Source of the DNA: Candidatus Woesebacteria bacterium
GTDB taxonomy: Bacteria; Patescibacteriota; Microgenomatia; UBA8517
DNA length: 64,000 bases
Assembly (NCBI GenBank): GCA_016700095.1
Contig: CP065002.1
Location: forward strand, 368,463-432,462
Reading direction: 5' to 3'
The notes beneath the pieces are model-generated. The model did no database searches and was not told the origin of the DNA. It saw nothing but the letters and a program-made list of their open reading frames with translations. Below are positions 51,756-62,620 of the stretch, piece by piece; position 1 is the first letter of the stretch; each line of letters starts with the position of its first letter. Made by a program: the position numbers and the translations under genes.

Positions 51756-54068
51756 ATGAAAGATAACGACAGACATTCAAGTATCGATGTAGCAATGCCA
51801 GATGGTGCAATGCGGCAAACTGCGTTTCCTGAATCGGTGATGGATCAGCCGACAATGTTTCGCTACCACATACCCGACCAGAGATCTAAAGCTATTGATG
51901 TACGCGGTAGAACTCCGACATTACCTCAACAACCGTTACCTTTTATGCAACCAAGATCTGATGTCGCCTTGGTGAATAAACATATGACTCCTGCGCCATT
52001 TGTGGCGGGTAACCGTGAAACAACTTCCTCACATACTATTCCCCCTGTCGATTCCGGACAAGCTGGTGCGATAAGGACAGATATGGCACCCAAAGTAGCA
52101 TTGTTTGGTGGTGCACTTTATTTAGCAACTCAAGTGATGGGATGTACGGTCAGTCCCCCAAATATTAATCAGCCGACAGATAATCCACGTCCGACCGGTA
52201 CGGGTGAGGTAGATAATACTATTCCTGCACCGGCGACGATTACATCGGTACCTACGTCACAGGTAGAAAATATGGATCAGCCCGAGGTGCCATCTTTACC
52301 CGCTGGTGAAGCGCAGTTTAGAGAAAAGTTTAATATTCCATCCGGTCCGCTTGGTACATTGAACAGTCAAGATCTAGGGGTTTATGTTGCCGGAAAAAAT
52401 GCGATTGGATATGACGCTAATGGAGGACTGGGAGACATAAATCAAAAATATGATGAAGGCACGGGGTATGGTGGAGCAGAGGCGTGGGTCGACAATGTTA
52501 AACCTTGGCGACCAGGATTGGATCAAAGTGTAAATCCGGGTCCTTTCAATTCAGAAAATGTGGGTGGCGTTATGGTGACTGACGGTGGTAGTGATCCCCG
52601 TAACCCAACAATTCGTGAAATACATATTTATAGAGGATCTCTTGATAGTATTGTCCAAGATGGTATTCCGCCAATCAAAAACAGTGTGGACGATCAAGCG
52701 GGTTTAAACGATTTTGTTGTTCATTATCGTGCTGGTGAAGGCCAGCATTTGATTGATAACTACTTGGTTCCCGCAACCGACCTGGACGGTAATGTTATAT
52801 CGGGTCAATCTGAACTTACGATCGCACGAGTGGATAGTGAAGGAAAAATTACTGGCTATGTCGATCCTTACGATCCTACGAAATGGATTACTTTGGTGCA
52901 ATTGCCCGTGACATATGGACCAGGTGTTGTGACACCGGTGCCCACACCAACTGTACCCGTGACGATGAGAACTGGGGTAGAAGACCCTGGAGAAAGAACC
53001 TTCCAGGCAGGTAATGGTACACCACTAAATGAAAGTGATCTAGGTGTACCGGCAGGGTTTATTTACTCAGGGGTCAATGGAGGTAATATTACATATACAA
53101 ATTCGGAAGGACAACAGTTTGTGGTTACTCTGTTGCCGGATGGTACATTTACTGGAGGATTGGTGGCACCAGTTGAAGCCAGGTTGGATGTAGATTTTGA
53201 GTCACAGATAGGATTACCGCATGAATATATGAATAATTTTAATCTGATAAACGTAAATATAGAAAGCTTCTTTGAACATCCAGATCAATGGAATGTTGAT
53301 TTGGGCAATGAGCAAGTTGGTCATTTTGAAGATAGGGATAGAGGAGGTATGCGATTTGGTATAGGAGATACATGGTTTAGTGGTGTTAATGAAGAAAGAT
53401 TGGGAGACTTAACCTATCAACAACAGTCGTTGACTGCAACACCTGTATATCTGGGGGGGTTTTTCGCACCGGCAGGCGAAACTGTTAACACACATGGTAA
53501 TGTTATTTATTCAGATGAGGAAGCATTTTATCTTGTACTTGGAGCAAAAGATAAGAATGGGGATCCATTTGTGTATCTTGTTACTACAGGATTTACCGAT
53601 ACAGATAAGCATCCGTTCTGGGGGAAAACAGATGTATTTGTTGCTGATAATACCAATATTCACCCACCGATTACCAACACAACTCGAGGAGGATTAGTTA
53701 CTTTACCGGCTGACAAATTTTATAATTTGCTAACTGAATCAAGTCAGAATAATCCAATTAGAGTATTGGTAATGTCAACGCAACTTCATGATATAAATCC
53801 TCTGGGTTCAGAAGCATACATTAGCGCGCTTAATAAGGCGGGTGTTGCCGCTATCGCTGAGTTATCTGATATTGCATTCCGCCTCGATCGGGAGGATAGA
53901 ATTCTTGTTAATCCGCTACTTGAACTAATGGATGAAGACAATATGGTCGACGGAACGTCTGGTGATCCGTCTTACGTGTTTCGAGGCGGAATCCCAACGG
54001 ATATTTATAGAAATCCACCCAAAGTGCCTATTGTTATAAACTTTGGTGTTTATGAGGGATCCCAGTGA
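51756..54068 (+). CDS. Hypothetical large membrane-anchored extracellular protein
   Basis: About 110-aa N-terminal cytoplasmic segment, TM VALFGGALYLATQVMGC, then about 640 aa of G/P/T/D-rich extracellular sequence; no family recognised. Confidence 0.5.
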   Translation: MKDNDRHSSIDVAMPDGAMRQTAFPESVMDQPTMFRYHIPDQRSKAIDVRGRTPTLPQQPLPFMQPRSDVALVNKHMTPAPFVAGNRETTSSHTIPPVDSGQAGAIRTDMAPKVALFGGALYLATQVMGCTVSPPNINQPTDNPRPTGTGEVDNTIPAPATITSVPTSQVENMDQPEVPSLPAGEAQFREKFNIPSGPLGTLNSQDLGVYVAGKNAIGYDANGGLGDINQKYDEGTGYGGAEAWVDNVKPWRPGLDQSVNPGPFNSENVGGVMVTDGGSDPRNPTIREIHIYRGSLDSIVQDGIPPIKNSVDDQAGLNDFVVHYRAGEGQHLIDNYLVPATDLDGNVISGQSELTIARVDSEGKITGYVDPYDPTKWITLVQLPVTYGPGVVTPVPTPTVPVTMRTGVEDPGERTFQAGNGTPLNESDLGVPAGFIYSGVNGGNITYTNSEGQQFVVTLLPDGTFTGGLVAPVEARLDVDFESQIGLPHEYMNNFNLINVNIESFFEHPDQWNVDLGNEQVGHFEDRDRGGMRFGIGDTWFSGVNEERLGDLTYQQQSLTATPVYLGGFFAPAGETVNTHGNVIYSDEEAFYLVLGAKDKNGDPFVYLVTTGFTDTDKHPFWGKTDVFVADNTNIHPPITNTTRGGLVTLPADKFYNLLTESSQNNPIRVLVMSTQLHDINPLGSEAYISALNKAGVAAIAELSDIAFRLDREDRILVNPLLELMDEDNMVDGTSGDPSYVFRGGIPTDIYRNPPKVPIVINFGVYEGSQ

Positions 54069-54126
54069 AAATAATAAGTGTTGTGAATGATTGTCAAGGA
54101 AGTCTTCTTTCTGATAATATGTATTC

Positions 54127-54813
54127 ATGAAGAGATTTGCCATCTTTATTATCCTGCTAACTGTTTTTTTGGCGGCTACTATTTTGATATATAGTTACAT
54201 TGTTTTTTCTTCAAATAAAAAAAATTGTCAGTTTTCATTTTCTTTGACAGATTTACCGAACAAACAAGTGATTTGTGGACTTCAAACAATCGGACATGAT
54301 GACTCTCTAACATATATCGTAAAAATAGTTGATGTTTTTGAACAAGATGAGAGAGTTTATGTTAAAGCTAATTTCGGTGATGATTTAAGGCTGTTTAGCT
54401 TGGGCAAGATTGACAGGGATGAAAGTTATATATGGTATGGGTCATATGGAAAGCTATACGAAGCTAAAGTTGATAGCAATCCTGTAGTTTCAGTACTCAA
54501 TTCAAGTTTAGTGGAAAAATTAAAATCAGATAAAAACAAATATGCTGAGATCGTTTTCTGGGGAGCAAATGACACAAATAAAGTAATTTCTGAAATTAAC
54601 GAGTCTTTGTTGGATAATGGAATTTCAGAGAAAAACAGAGAAAGTTTGTCTGAAAGGAAGAGTTATTTTGAAAATTGTAATAATTTCTATAATAATTATT
54701 TAACAGAAGCGTCAAATCGAAGTTTCTTTTATTACCTTAAACAAAAGGTTGGAGAATCCAGCAAAAAGTATACTTGTACACCTTTAATAACAGGAATGCT
54801 TATCTATGAATAA
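54127..54813 (+). CDS. Hypothetical secreted protein
   Basis: Signal/anchor MKRFAIFIILLTVFLAATILIY; 228 aa; its end overlaps the next gene's start. Confidence 0.45.
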   Translation: MKRFAIFIILLTVFLAATILIYSYIVFSSNKKNCQFSFSLTDLPNKQVICGLQTIGHDDSLTYIVKIVDVFEQDERVYVKANFGDDLRLFSLGKIDRDESYIWYGSYGKLYEAKVDSNPVVSVLNSSLVEKLKSDKNKYAEIVFWGANDTNKVISEINESLLDNGISEKNRESLSERKSYFENCNNFYNNYLTEASNRSFFYYLKQKVGESSKKYTCTPLITGMLIYE

Positions 54814-57202
54814 AATGCAACGATCTACAAAATTAATTATTGCGATATTTTTGGCATTTTTAATATGGAATATTTCACCATCCAGAGTAAATGCACAAGC
54901 TTGTTCAGGAAGTGGTTCGACTTCTTATACAAAATATAAATGTACCAGGAATATGGCGAATGCGTGGACATGTGTTGATGATGGTACTGTAACCAATTCA
55001 GGAGGATGTTCATGGATTCAAACAGGTGTTTGTGGATGGAATGAAGCAAACGAACCAAGATGTGTAGACGGTACAACAACAAATTATTGTACAATGAGTA
55101 ACCAGTGTGCAGGTTTCAATCAATGTATAACTACTGCTGGTTGTAGTGTTGGACCTGTCCCCACACTTCCTCCCGGAGTTACACCTGTTCCCACCGTTCC
55201 GTCAGGCGGAAGTGGTTGTGGTACGTCTTGCTCAAGTGATCAACAATGTCCGGCACAGCCATCAAAGTTATGCGTTGGGGCACCAAATGGCACATGTTTT
55301 TGTGATGACGGTGGAACACCGATTACGGGGTGTGGTGGAATTACGTTTGCTCCAGGATATAGCGAGGAAGATTTTTACGGTAGTGATCCTGTAAGGATGA
55401 TAGTGCGAGATGCCGGAAACAATAATATGTGGGATGCAGGAGTATCGATTGTGAGTTATTCAACAAATCAACCAAGTCCCTTTAGTACTTCATGTGAACC
55501 CTGGCCGGGCGGACCGGGAACTGAACCGGGAGCGAGATATGACCGTTACTGCAATATTAATCCTGCACAACTACAACCCTTAAATCCGGGAGATTATATT
55601 CACATGAGTGCTACGATCGAATTCAGTCCAGCTGATGACACCGATGAATGTCCTAACGATTTTCAGATGCCATACAATGGAACGATTATAGGGAGAGTGT
55701 ATAACGATGATAATGGGAACAGTGTATTGGATGATACGCTTGGAGAAGGCTACATAGTCAACAGAGCATTTTCAACTTGTACCGGTGCGAAGAAGTATCT
55801 TGACGGATTGTTTGTCCAAGCGGTAAACACGATTACGGGGCAAATCTACACAGTGAAAGTTAATGAAGATGGTGCAGGCGGGGAACTTTGTAATCCGGAG
55901 CCTTTATATCAATTTAGTGGACTACCCGATGGAATTTATAATGTTTCAATCAAGACTGATAGTCTGCCAGTGGGTTGGGGTGCACCGGTTGCATTACCAC
56001 CGGGTCCTGGTTGCGTAAATTCCGGGTTAGGAACGGTTAATTGTACTGTTGCCAGTGGTTCAATTAGCCACGCTTGGTTTACCGTAAAACAAGTTAGTTG
56101 TCAATTAACTTTATCGAGCCCTCTTAATATATCTATTGGAGGAATGGCAAATATAACAACATCTAGTTTGATTCAGACCAACGGTGATATAGATAGAATT
56201 CAATATATGGTAGATGATGCCTCGATTGCAGATTTCAACTCGGATTCGGGTACATATGTTGATCAATTTACCGATAGCAATAAAGCGGATGGGTTTAGTG
56301 CAACTTTGTATGGTAATGCGATTGGAGTAAGTAATATTTCTGCTTTTGGAGCAATGCTCGACGAGGGTAATATAATGTGTACACCAAATCCAGCATCGGC
56401 TACGGTGAACGTTACTAATCCTTCTGCTTGGTGGCAGTCGATTGGTGGAAGCATAATGGCGAAAGGGAATATATTGTCCATAATTTCACCCACAACATGT
56501 ACGCTTCCAGCTTGTAATCCGGTTTTAATTACAGATGGTGCTTCAATACCGGGAATTGCCGTTTCAACTAATACCATCAACCCCAATCCGCCTAATGTAA
56601 GTTCACACAACAGGCAGGTTGAGAATACGTTTCTTGCAAGTGATGAATATAATTATGCATTTTTCGAGAACAGACTATCCGGCGAGATAAAAAGCGGTCG
56701 AACCATTGTCACGAACACAGTTGCTGCAAATGGTTTAAATTCTGGAGCTTTAATTAATGGTTACAGATGGCTATATAGTGATGGACCGCTCTCAATTGAT
56801 GGAGTCCAAAATCTTGGAGACAACAAAGTCGTGCTGTTTGTTAACGGAAATCTAACACTTAGAGAGAAAATCAATTTTAATGATGGAAGTGGCTTTTTCA
56901 TGGCAGTTGTTAACGGAAACATTGTGATCGATACAGCGTTTGCAGGAGCAGCTTCGGAACCCGAATTGGAAGGTATTTTCTACGCAGAGGGTAATTTCAA
57001 TACGGATGCGACGTTGGGGACGCTTGACGAGCAGTTGTTGGTTCGCGGAACGGTTGTCGCAAACACATTTTCTCTAAACCGCGAGTTGTCGATTAATACT
57101 TTTACCCCGGCTGAAGTATTTGAATTTGCTCCCGATGTCATTATTAATTACCCTAGGAATTTAAGAGTAAAACAAGTTACTTGGCGCGAAGTGGCGCCGT
57201 GA
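54806..57202 (+). CDS. Hypothetical large secreted Cys-rich protein
   Basis: Signal peptide, then about 20 Cys in the first 200 aa (CSGSGS..CTRNMANAWTC..C..C), then a long G/N/T/S-rich region; 798 aa. Confidence 0.5.
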   Translation: MNKMQRSTKLIIAIFLAFLIWNISPSRVNAQACSGSGSTSYTKYKCTRNMANAWTCVDDGTVTNSGGCSWIQTGVCGWNEANEPRCVDGTTTNYCTMSNQCAGFNQCITTAGCSVGPVPTLPPGVTPVPTVPSGGSGCGTSCSSDQQCPAQPSKLCVGAPNGTCFCDDGGTPITGCGGITFAPGYSEEDFYGSDPVRMIVRDAGNNNMWDAGVSIVSYSTNQPSPFSTSCEPWPGGPGTEPGARYDRYCNINPAQLQPLNPGDYIHMSATIEFSPADDTDECPNDFQMPYNGTIIGRVYNDDNGNSVLDDTLGEGYIVNRAFSTCTGAKKYLDGLFVQAVNTITGQIYTVKVNEDGAGGELCNPEPLYQFSGLPDGIYNVSIKTDSLPVGWGAPVALPPGPGCVNSGLGTVNCTVASGSISHAWFTVKQVSCQLTLSSPLNISIGGMANITTSSLIQTNGDIDRIQYMVDDASIADFNSDSGTYVDQFTDSNKADGFSATLYGNAIGVSNISAFGAMLDEGNIMCTPNPASATVNVTNPSAWWQSIGGSIMAKGNILSIISPTTCTLPACNPVLITDGASIPGIAVSTNTINPNPPNVSSHNRQVENTFLASDEYNYAFFENRLSGEIKSGRTIVTNTVAANGLNSGALINGYRWLYSDGPLSIDGVQNLGDNKVVLFVNGNLTLREKINFNDGSGFFMAVVNGNIVIDTAFAGAASEPELEGIFYAEGNFNTDATLGTLDEQLLVRGTVVANTFSLNRELSINTFTPAEVFEFAPDVIINYPRNLRVKQVTWREVAP

Positions 57203-57303
57203 TGACAGCATGTAACAATACGTTTGTGCTACCATAAGAGAGTTTCTTTGATTATTTGCTAAAAAGTTAGTATGATAAGGGCGCTTTTAATAAATTTATT
57301 AAT

Positions 57304-57675
57304 ATGAATGATGATCCAAAAGAAATAGGCGAGCCAAGCGATCCTGTTGCCGCAATTCGTGAGAATTTGGGTGAGGTGAAAGAAAAACTTGATGATGCAA
57401 ACGAGGACGAGGAATCTGTTCTTGAAAAAATCGAGAATAGTTTGTCGGGCAATACTAGTTCTAATGTAAATACACAAGTTGATGATACCCAGAGTGTTGC
57501 AGACAGTACTTCGTTTGGGGGAGGGCAAGCAAATCAAAGCAATCCGTCGGGCATTGGCGGTGGACAAGTGGTAGACCCAAGCGATCCTATGGATACACAT
57601 GTTAGACAAGCGATAAACCCAAATAACTCGTTTGATAATCCAACTCCCGACGAAACAAATTCTTCGAGAGATTAG
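57304..57675 (+). CDS. Hypothetical acidic low-complexity protein
   Basis: 123 aa, D/E/S/N-rich; no family recognised. Confidence 0.35.
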   Translation: MNDDPKEIGEPSDPVAAIRENLGEVKEKLDDANEDEESVLEKIENSLSGNTSSNVNTQVDDTQSVADSTSFGGGQANQSNPSGIGGGQVVDPSDPMDTHVRQAINPNNSFDNPTPDETNSSRD

Positions 57676-57866
57676 ATTATAATTTTAAAATCTTCAAGTA
57701 ACAACTCGTGAGAAATTGTAAGATGCAAACTTATTGTGGTATATCAAATATTATCTTGTATTTAAGCGGTGGTTTTTTAGAAAGCTTACATGTTACCGTA
57801 TAATCCAACGAAAACACGAGTTACCTTTTTGACTTGGCTTACAAAAACGTTTTTGCGTTGACTGTG

Positions 57867-58334
57867 TTATTGCGGGATAGCCGATCCCGGAGATACTTGT
57901 GTAGGAGCTTTAGTGGCTGACGGAGGTGGAGCCCCGTGCGCATCAAGAGAAATTTGTGCCAATTCTGCACGGAGTTTTTCAAGTTGTTCTTGGGCTACAT
58001 TACTATGGCTTGTTAACTCTTCCTTTGTTATTTCTGTAGGTTCGACCATCATGGGGTTATTTGTCTCAATTTCTTTTGTGATTTCTTCCTTGGCTTTATT
58101 GGTAACGTCTTCAGACGGGGGATATTCACCTGCTTCGGCTTCGGCGTCGGCGATAATTTTTAGCGCTCTATCAATTGCAGCTTTTGCTGAGGCGATATCG
58201 ATTTTTACAGAAAGACTATGATGAAGTTGTTCCTTCTGGTCGTCTGTCAGCTTTGGAAGAATCAGTTTCCAATGTTCTTTGTCATCGGGAGAAAGTGGTG
58301 ATTTGTCGATCAAAGTAAGTAAAGAATTATCCAT
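57867..58334 (-). CDS. Hypothetical helical protein
   Basis: 155 aa, charged helical composition; the overlapping plus ORF 57913..58221 is probably a shadow. Confidence 0.4.
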   Translation of the reverse strand: MDNSLLTLIDKSPLSPDDKEHWKLILPKLTDDQKEQLHHSLSVKIDIASAKAAIDRALKIIADAEAEAGEYPPSEDVTNKAKEEITKEIETNNPMMVEPTEITKEELTSHSNVAQEQLEKLRAELAQISLDAHGAPPPSATKAPTQVSPGSAIPQ

Positions 58335-58806
58335 GAGATTATTTTAGCATGAAGACAGTTATTTCAGAAATTAAAAATGAAGATTGTGTTAACGCTTGAA
58401 GACCCCTGCTAAGACAATTTGAATTATATAAGTATTTGATTGTTTGGTACTACCTAGGCCTTTTAGTTCTTTTGAAAGCGTCGTCAGTTGCATTTTCAGA
58501 AAATTTATCGTCGTCAGAATTCCTACCCCAAGTACGATTATATTGCGCTTCTACTGATCGAGTATCGGCTTTTGAATCTGTATTTTTTCCTGCTCCTCCG
58601 GATTTATCTTTTTTACTAAATGGATTCCAGCTTCTAGTCCTTTCATTACCACCAACAGGACCAGTTGGTCGTGCTGGTTCTTCTAATGGGCTTATTTTGG
58701 ATTTACCTTCATCTTCCATATGCATAATTGTTTCATTAATACACCAACTTGTCAACCGATTAAGGTATTTCCTACAACAAAATCTTCATTCATAGTATAA
58801 TTAATC

Positions 58807-59760
58807 ATGTTTAGGAAAGTCGTATTATATACAGCCGCCCCGATATTTGTTGTTTTGTTTTTTTTCTTGTGTATACCTGTTAAAGCTCAGGATGTGACCA
58901 TTCCTCAGGCTAAATCTTTAAAAATTAGCCAGGCACCTGACCAAATCGAAACAAATGAGTTCGAGGCAACGAGTTCGGCGACACTAACGGTAACATCGGT
59001 ACCTATTCCTACTCCCAAACCCGACATAACGCAAAGAACCGAGGAAACAGCAAGCCCGTTTCATATAATTTTAGCTAATCAAAAACTGGGCAATATGTTT
59101 CCTTTTAATCCGGTTAAATATGCCATCCGTTCAGCGGTATCTGTTGGTGTACCGCCGAATACAATTGTTCTACTTTTATTGCTTCCTGCGGTTGCGGCTA
59201 TAATTGCCGGCGCGAGGCATTTGATCGGGATACGCGGATTTGGAATATTTTTGCCGGCAGCGCTTTCCGTTGTGTTTTTGGCAATCGGACCTGTTGCCGG
59301 AATCGGCTTGTTTTTAATTATTGTTGCGATATCGATGGGGGCGAGAATATTTTTGCATAAGTCGAAAATACAATTGCAATACTTACCGCGAATGGCGCTT
59401 ATTCTTTGGTTTGTCGTAATTGGCGTTTTGCTTGTTTTGTTTGCCGCTCCAATTCTAAGGCAACCCGATATAACAAGCGTTTCTATATTTCCGGTTTTGA
59501 TTCTCGTTCTTTTGGCTGAAGAATTTTCGAAAGTGCAATTGGGAAAAAGCGCCAGAACGGCTATAAACTTAACAACGGAAACTTTGATCCTTGCTTTGGT
59601 TTCTTTTATTTTTCTAACCTTAGAGGGTGTGAGAGCTTTTGCTTTGCTTAATCCCGAGATATTTTTGATATCGGTTGCCCTGATAGATATTCTCCTCGGG
59701 CGATTTGTGGGACTTAGATTTATTGAACTTTGGAGATTTAGGAAACTCATATCAGGATAG
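58807..59760 (+). CDS. Hypothetical polytopic membrane protein with a signal peptide
   Basis: MFRKVVLYTAAPIFVVLFFFLCIPVKAQD, then at least 6 hydrophobic helices; the minus ORF 59079..59750 is a low-complexity shadow. Confidence 0.5.
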   Translation: MFRKVVLYTAAPIFVVLFFFLCIPVKAQDVTIPQAKSLKISQAPDQIETNEFEATSSATLTVTSVPIPTPKPDITQRTEETASPFHIILANQKLGNMFPFNPVKYAIRSAVSVGVPPNTIVLLLLLPAVAAIIAGARHLIGIRGFGIFLPAALSVVFLAIGPVAGIGLFLIIVAISMGARIFLHKSKIQLQYLPRMALILWFVVIGVLLVLFAAPILRQPDITSVSIFPVLILVLLAEEFSKVQLGKSARTAINLTTETLILALVSFIFLTLEGVRAFALLNPEIFLISVALIDILLGRFVGLRFIELWRFRKLISG

Positions 59761-59950
59761 AATACAGATTAAAAATATAATATTAAAAATCAAATATCAA
59801 ATATTTATAATTTCTAAATTCTAATTTCTAATTAATCTAGTGAATGAACCAAATGCCAAATATCAAAAATATAATATTAAATATTAAAAAATTGACAGCA
59901 GAATTATTAATTGAAATCATAAATATTTTTGATGAAAATTTGTATTTAGC

Positions 59951-60328
59951 ATGGTGATTACGTCAAATGCAGGTAAGTTAAAGAAAAATTTTCAGGATCG
60001 TCTGTATAATTTTGTGTTGAAGCTAACCAATTTTATTGGTTCATTAAATGAGCGTGATATGATTACAAAAGTCATATCAAATCAATTAGCACGCAGCGGA
60101 ACAAGTATTCTGAGTAATTACGTTGAGGGAAAATCAGCAAGTAGCAGGAAAGATTATATAAATTACTTTAACCACTCTCTTAAAAGCGCAAATGAAAGCA
60201 AGATATGGATAAGCTTACTTAGAGATACAAATAAATGCGAGTCGAAAGAAGCTTTAATGTTAATGACAGAACTTGAAGAAATTTCAAAGATTTTTGCTTC
60301 AAGTATAATAACATTGAAAAGAAAATAA
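59951..60328 (+). CDS. Four-helix-bundle protein (23S rRNA-intervening-sequence protein family)
   Basis: ...NQLARSGTSILSNYVEGKSASSRKDYINYFNHSLKSANESKIWISLLRD matches the family pattern (DQL.RSA.SI.ANIAEG....S.KDF..FL.IA.GS..E...WL.L). Confidence 0.7.
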   Translation: MVITSNAGKLKKNFQDRLYNFVLKLTNFIGSLNERDMITKVISNQLARSGTSILSNYVEGKSASSRKDYINYFNHSLKSANESKIWISLLRDTNKCESKEALMLMTELEEISKIFASSIITLKRK

Positions 60329-60398
60329 GTGTATTTGATATATGATATATAGTTTTGAATTATTATTTGATCTTTGATATTTCATTTTTAATATTACC

Positions 60399-61724
60399 AT
60401 GATAAAAAGGTCTTCTATTTTAGGTTTAAACGCTAGAACAACATTATTTTCATATCCGTATAATTCGTTACGCGGAAAATCGATTGCTACATCAAAATTA
60501 AAAACAAAGCGTATTTTGGGAAAAGCGGGGATTCCCGTACCGGAAAGATATGCGATTTTCTCACAACCGCATAAGATTATTAACTATGATTGGTCAAAAC
60601 TTCCACATTCATTTGCATTAAAGCCCAACAAAGGTTTAGGGGGAGAAGGAATAATAATAGCTAAAAAGCGAACGAGCGACAAAACGGGATGGATTACAAC
60701 GGATAAAAAGAGGGTTACCCAGGAAGATTTGAAATTACATGTTCTTGATATTCTAGAGGGGGCATATAGTATACAAAACGTACCGGATTGGGCGTATATA
60801 GAGGAATTCGTAGGACGGCATAAAGCCTTTCGAAAGTATGCCTTTCGGGGAACTCCCGACATTCGTGTTATTGTTTTTAATAAAGTTCCGGTAATGGCAA
60901 TGCTTAGACTTCCAACGAAAGAATCCGGTGGAAGAGCAAACTTACATCAGGGAGCAATTGCGGTCGGAGTTGATATTGCAACAGGTATAACAACCAAAGC
61001 TTACTGGAAAGGTCATTTTATTAAATATAAACCGGGAACAAAGCGCAAACTGCATGGAATCAAAATTCCGAAATGGGATCAGATTCTTAAAATTGCGGTT
61101 ATGTGTCAGGATGTTGCGGGTCTTGGCTATATGGGAGCCGATTTGGTTCTGCATCCCAAAAAGGGGCCGATGGTTTTGGAGCTTAACTATCAACCGGGAT
61201 TACAAATACAGCTTGCCAATACGGCAGGTTTGAAAAAACGCCTCGAGAAAGTGGAAGATTTGGAAGTAAGAGACGCCGAGCATGGCGTAAAAATAGCCAA
61301 AGCGCTATTTGCTTCAGTTTTTGCCGATCGGGTAAAAGCAAGCGAGGGCATCAAAACAGTGAAAGCTATCGAAGAAATTAAAATCAAAGGGAGGCGTTTC
61401 AAAAAGCAGAGGAAAAAAGTATTAGCGAAACTTGATACCGGTGCTTGGAGAACGTCGATAAGTTTGTCACTTGCCAAAGAACTTGGTCTAATGACTGAAA
61501 CAAATATACTGTGGGACAAAAAAGTAAAAAGCTCACTTGGTGCTGAGCAGAGGCCTGTAATCGAACTAACATTCTTTCTTGCAGGCAAAAAAATTACAAC
61601 GCCAGCAAGTGTAGCAAAACGCATGGCTTTAAAGTATCCTGTTATAATTGGTAGAAAGAACTTGAAAGGAATGCTTGTTGATCCTGATATAATTGAACGC
61701 TTGAAGGAAATTAAAGAAGGATAA
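60399..61724 (+). CDS. ATP-grasp ligase (alpha-L-glutamate-ligase-related / RimK-like) fused to a C-terminal retropepsin-like (putative zinc-protease, DTGA) domain
   Basis: N-terminal ATP-grasp (...LGKAGIPVPERYAIF...ALKPNKGLGGEGIII...); C-terminal LAKLDTGAWRTSISLSLAKELGL...YPVIIGRKNLKGMLVDP, an aspartic-protease-like D-T-G-A motif. Confidence 0.65.
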   Translation: MIKRSSILGLNARTTLFSYPYNSLRGKSIATSKLKTKRILGKAGIPVPERYAIFSQPHKIINYDWSKLPHSFALKPNKGLGGEGIIIAKKRTSDKTGWITTDKKRVTQEDLKLHVLDILEGAYSIQNVPDWAYIEEFVGRHKAFRKYAFRGTPDIRVIVFNKVPVMAMLRLPTKESGGRANLHQGAIAVGVDIATGITTKAYWKGHFIKYKPGTKRKLHGIKIPKWDQILKIAVMCQDVAGLGYMGADLVLHPKKGPMVLELNYQPGLQIQLANTAGLKKRLEKVEDLEVRDAEHGVKIAKALFASVFADRVKASEGIKTVKAIEEIKIKGRRFKKQRKKVLAKLDTGAWRTSISLSLAKELGLMTETNILWDKKVKSSLGAEQRPVIELTFFLAGKKITTPASVAKRMALKYPVIIGRKNLKGMLVDPDIIERLKEIKEG

Positions 61725-61742
61725 ACAAACTTATTAATAATT

Positions 61743-62615
61743 ATGAAAGTTAAACTGATTACAACTTTGCAATCAATCGAGATGCAGAGACTAAAAGACG
61801 AAACGTGTGCGATGGGGCACGAATGTGACCTTGTTGATTTGAGCAAATTTACTTTTTCGATTCGAGACACTAAGTTGTCGATTGACAATCTGGGTAATCC
61901 TAATCCCGATGTGGTTGTCGTTAAAGGAGTGACAGTCAACAAAGCTCCGATTGTTGCTTTAATTCACGACTACAGAAAACGAGGAATAAAAGTATTCGAC
62001 AACAACTATTGTGAGCATCAATACACAATAAATAAGGTAACCGATCTAATTAAATTATCTTTGAATAATGTTCCTATACCCGATACTTTCCATTGTCACG
62101 ACTTTGATGAGTTTTACCGAGCATGCGAAATAGTGGGTTATCCGGCGATTGTTAAATTAGTTGGAGCCGGAAAGGGCGCCGGTGTTTTTAAGGCCGATAA
62201 TAAGGAAAGGTTGGCGGAAATCATTTCAAACGCACAAAACGACATGCTTAAATCAGCCTCAAGATTTATCGTCCAGCAATATATTCCTTACGAACACGAT
62301 TTGCGAGTCCTTATTATTGGCGAAAAATTATTTGTGATGAAGCGAATTCCGGGCGAAGGTGAATTTCGTGCTAATTTTTCACTCGGTGGATCGGTTGAAA
62401 CTTTCGAACTTGACGACGAGGGAAAGGAACTGGCGAAGCGAGGTTTGGCTGCGGTTGATATGTCTGTCGCCGGAGTAGATTTACTTATAACCAAAGACAA
62501 CAAGCGTTACGTCTTGGAGGTTAACCATACCCCCGGATTTGTCGGAATGGAAAAGGCAACGGGTGAAAACATTGCACGAATTTACATGGAGCATGCGATT
62601 GGTAATGCATATTAA
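61743..62615 (+). CDS. RimK-like ATP-grasp ligase, paralog 1
   Basis: GYPAIVKLVGAGKGAGVFKA...DLRVLIIGEKLFVMKRIPGEGEFRANFSLGGSVE...VDLLITKDNKRYVLEVNHTPGF. Confidence 0.75.
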   Translation: MKVKLITTLQSIEMQRLKDETCAMGHECDLVDLSKFTFSIRDTKLSIDNLGNPNPDVVVVKGVTVNKAPIVALIHDYRKRGIKVFDNNYCEHQYTINKVTDLIKLSLNNVPIPDTFHCHDFDEFYRACEIVGYPAIVKLVGAGKGAGVFKADNKERLAEIISNAQNDMLKSASRFIVQQYIPYEHDLRVLIIGEKLFVMKRIPGEGEFRANFSLGGSVETFELDDEGKELAKRGLAAVDMSVAGVDLLITKDNKRYVLEVNHTPGFVGMEKATGENIARIYMEHAIGNAY

Positions 62616-62620
62616 GTATT

